Made by a program: the position numbers and the translations under genes
Notes under the pieces: model-generated
Databases searched by the model: none
What the model was told of the DNA's origin: nothing
What the model saw: the letters and a program-made list of their open reading frames with translations, nothing else
In this document: in pieces, positions 61,820 to 64,000 of the stretch
How positions within the stretch are numbered: the first letter of the stretch is position 1
Layout of the letters: each line of letters opens with the position of its first letter
Source of the DNA: Minisyncoccota bacterium
Lineage (GTDB): Bacteria > Patescibacteriota > Minisyncoccia > Phycocordibacterales > JABAAK01
Assembly: GCA_963668425.1 (NCBI GenBank)
Contig: OY764332.1
Coordinates: 460,336 to 524,335, forward strand
DNA length: 64,000 nt
Reading direction: 5' to 3'

Positions 61820-61907
61820 TCATTTTGATTGTACCATTTTCTGTACTTGGTGGTGTTGTAATGCAATTTCTGCTATACTATCTGTATTACAAAATAGAAT
61901 ATATAAT

Positions 61908-62159
61908 ATGAATGAAGATAAAAAAATAGAAGTTTATAGCTCACCAACGTGCCATTACTGTGTTGATTTGAAAAAGTTTTTAGATGAGAAGGGAGTGCAG
62001 TATACCGAGTATGATGTTACTACCGATGAAGAGAAGAGAAAGGAGTTGCTTGAGCGGAGTCAGCAGGTTGGGGTGCCGGTGATGTTTATCAATGACACTG
62101 AAATGATAGACGGTTTTGACAAAGAAAAAATAGTTGCCTCACTTGGGTTGAGTGATTAG
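61908..62159 (+). CDS. Glutaredoxin/NrdH-like redoxin
   Basis: YSSPTCHYC, GVPV, GFD. Confidence 0.9.
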   Translation: MNEDKKIEVYSSPTCHYCVDLKKFLDEKGVQYTEYDVTTDEEKRKELLERSQQVGVPVMFINDTEMIDGFDKEKIVASLGLSD

Positions 62160-62227
62160 TAGGGTTTAGTTAGCAAAAATGCGGTAGGAGGTATCGTGTC
62201 GTTGTAGTGGTACTATGGATACGACTA

Positions 62228-62300
62228 CTCCCTGTAGTTTAACGGGATAGAACAGATCCCTCCTAAGGATCAGATCCAGGTTCAAGTCCTGGCAGGGAGG
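62228..62300 (+). tRNA. tRNA-Arg(CCT)
   Basis: GATCC-CT-CCT-AA-GGATC, GGTTCAAGTCC. Confidence 0.95.
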
Positions 62301-62444
62301 CATGATGCTCTGAATATGCTTTGTCTGTGAGGAGTGCTGTGCAATCTTGTTGACGGACGTGGGTGATGTGTGGTATGCTTGGAGCAGGAGGAAAATTTTC
62401 TGTTATTGCGTGTAAAGATTGAAAAATCTTAAGGAGGTTTTGTA

Positions 62445-62564
62445 ATGCGAATTATTATTTTCATTATTTTATTTTTTATTGTTGGTGCTGGCATCTATTT
62501 TGTCTTTAATTTTGATGCTGTTATTGGTGTCATCACGAACTTTATTTGTAATCTCGTTTGTTAG
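62445..62564 (+). CDS. 39-aa hydrophobic peptide
   Basis: TTGACG-18-TATGCT promoter, AAGGAGG SD, terminator 62590..62625. Confidence 0.65.
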   Translation: MRIIIFIILFFIVGAGIYFVFNFDAVIGVITNFICNLVC

Positions 62565-62647
62565 AAGTATAATTTCTGATTGTTTTGTTTACGGACAGGT
62601 TGTTTGACCTGTCCGTATTTTTTTTATGTTGTGTTATACTGCCGGTG

Positions 62648-63061
62648 ATGGAAAAAAAGAACACACCTCGTAAAGGTTTTTTGGAGAGAGGTCGTCGGGA
62701 GAAACAGTTAGATGAATTGTTGCGAATTACGAAAGACACGAATAAGATGTTGCGGGGTGAGCGGAATATGCGCAAGATTAAGATGCTGGTGTTGCTAGTG
62801 GTGATTTTTGCGGTTGCGGGTTATGGGTACTATCTTTTTGAGAAGCACAAGCTGAAAATTATTGAGTTTCAGCAAAAGGTTGAAGAGTTGCAACGTCACC
62901 TGCAAGAAGCAGGAGATCTTGCTGGAAAAGTAGGGGACACCGCGCACTCTATCCGTGGCATTTTTGAAGGACTTGAACCTGATGCAGACATTGTGGATGC
63001 TACGAAAGCAAACGTGGATACTGCAGAGGCAGTTGAGGATACTGTAGATTCAGTGGAGTGA
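62648..63061 (+). CDS. Single-TM coiled-coil hypothetical protein
   Basis: TATACT 7 nt upstream; TM then coiled coil. Confidence 0.75.
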   Translation: MEKKNTPRKGFLERGRREKQLDELLRITKDTNKMLRGERNMRKIKMLVLLVVIFAVAGYGYYLFEKHKLKIIEFQQKVEELQRHLQEAGDLAGKVGDTAHSIRGIFEGLEPDADIVDATKANVDTAEAVEDTVDSVE

Positions 63062-63182
63062 TAAAGCACTGTTGCAGTAGCGTGCTGTTATGTGCGGATT
63101 TTAAGTCCTGTGCCAATAAAGTAGCTGTATGCTGTTACGAAAAACTGTATATGTATGGCATGTTGTGTATACTATTAGAGAT

Positions 63183-63256
63183 GCTGAGGTAGCTCAGTCG
63201 GCTAGAGCACTCGCCTGAAGAGCGAGGTGTCGTGGGTTCGAGTCCCACCCTCAGCA
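63183..63256 (+). tRNA. tRNA-Phe(GAA)
   Basis: CTCGC-CT-GAA-GA-GCGAG, GGTTCGAGTCC. Confidence 0.95.
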
Positions 63257-63375
63257 CTGTTGAGCAAAAACTATTTTGCACTTGCGAGATCACTTGTGTT
63301 TTCTGTGTATGTTGCTTGCTGTTTGTTGCTGTTATTTTTAATGGCGTGTGTACGAATGGTGTACAATCGTACTAT

Positions 63376-64000
63376 ATGCCTGATGATTCAAAAGTACACC
63401 GTTCTATAGAGGATGAGATGGTGGATGGGATAAAAAATAGTATTGTAACGCCTGCTGAAACCTTTTTTTTCGCCCTGTTTGTGTTTGGTGTGTTGTCGTT
63501 GGCGGCGACAACTCTGGTCGGTACGTGTGGTAATGTGGATGATTTTGAAAAAGAGGTTTCAGAGCGCAGTTTGGAGCCGATTGTTGGTGCGACAGCGGTG
63601 CTGACACAGTCCGTTGTTTTTGATGATACCATTGCCGGGTCAGGGACTTGTGTGATTATTGAGCGGATTGATGAGGAAGAAGAGGAAGAGGGTGTATATG
63701 TTCACGTACTTGCAAAAGCACAACCATTTTTTACCGGTGACCCAGAAACATACAGGCCATTAGCGTCGTTTGAAAATTTCTTTAGAGCGCCGGTTTCCAC
63801 GATGCTCTTTCTCCACAAAGGAACACCAAAAGGCGAGGTGTCGCTACGGCAGATTTCTGTTGTGGAGACACAAACCTATACCAGCTGGTTTCGCAATTTT
63901 TATTTGAATACTATTTATATTGTTATGGCAGTGTTGGGTGTGCTGTTGGCATTTCTTGTGTACATTGGGGTAAAGTTTGAGAAAAAGCGTAAGGTGTGGT
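63376..64000 (+). CDS. Hypothetical 2-TM membrane protein, runs off window end
   Basis: Open frame from ATG 63376 (MPDDSKV...) to end; TACAAT 8 nt upstream. Confidence 0.7.
   Translation, partial: MPDDSKVHRSIEDEMVDGIKNSIVTPAETFFFALFVFGVLSLAATTLVGTCGNVDDFEKEVSERSLEPIVGATAVLTQSVVFDDTIAGSGTCVIIERIDEEEEEEGVYVHVLAKAQPFFTGDPETYRPLASFENFFRAPVSTMLFLHKGTPKGEVSLRQISVVETQTYTSWFRNFYLNTIYIVMAVLGVLLAFLVYIGVKFEKKRKVW

Overview
Chromosomal window from a reduced-genome bacterium that looks like Patescibacteria/CPR (Parcubacteria-like). This is inferred from gene content: rplK with no following rplA, a sigma-region-4/HTH protein, a stand-alone T4SS coupling ATPase, and scrambled core gene order. The + strand is strongly G/T-rich and carries most genes. 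Core content: gatA/gatB, arfB, livHMGF, mraY-ftsW, adk-map, mltG, mnmA, a 23S-5S rRNA unit with no 16S, ftsEX, clpB, rpmG, rsmI, ileS, recO, ndk, infC/rpmI/rplT, secE-nusG-rplK, lemA-htpX, miaA and 8 tRNAs. Most unusual signals: (1) three tRNA genes (Glu, Trp, Leu) share one trailer architecture, an antisense copy of an internal 11-14 nt tRNA segment, a hairpin spacer, then a direct copy of the tRNA 3' part at 120-126 bp period; two of them bracket miaA and carry its start and stop codons. (2) An integrase-less 2.3-kb island at tRNA-Ile whose cargo is paralogous and syntenic with genes behind tRNA-Gln. (3) An IleRS with an inserted histidine-phosphatase domain. (4) A structured ~273-bp MITE-like repeat. 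(5) Near-leaderless -10/start architecture in core genes versus SD-led accessory genes. No database searches were run; all calls come from motif recognition.
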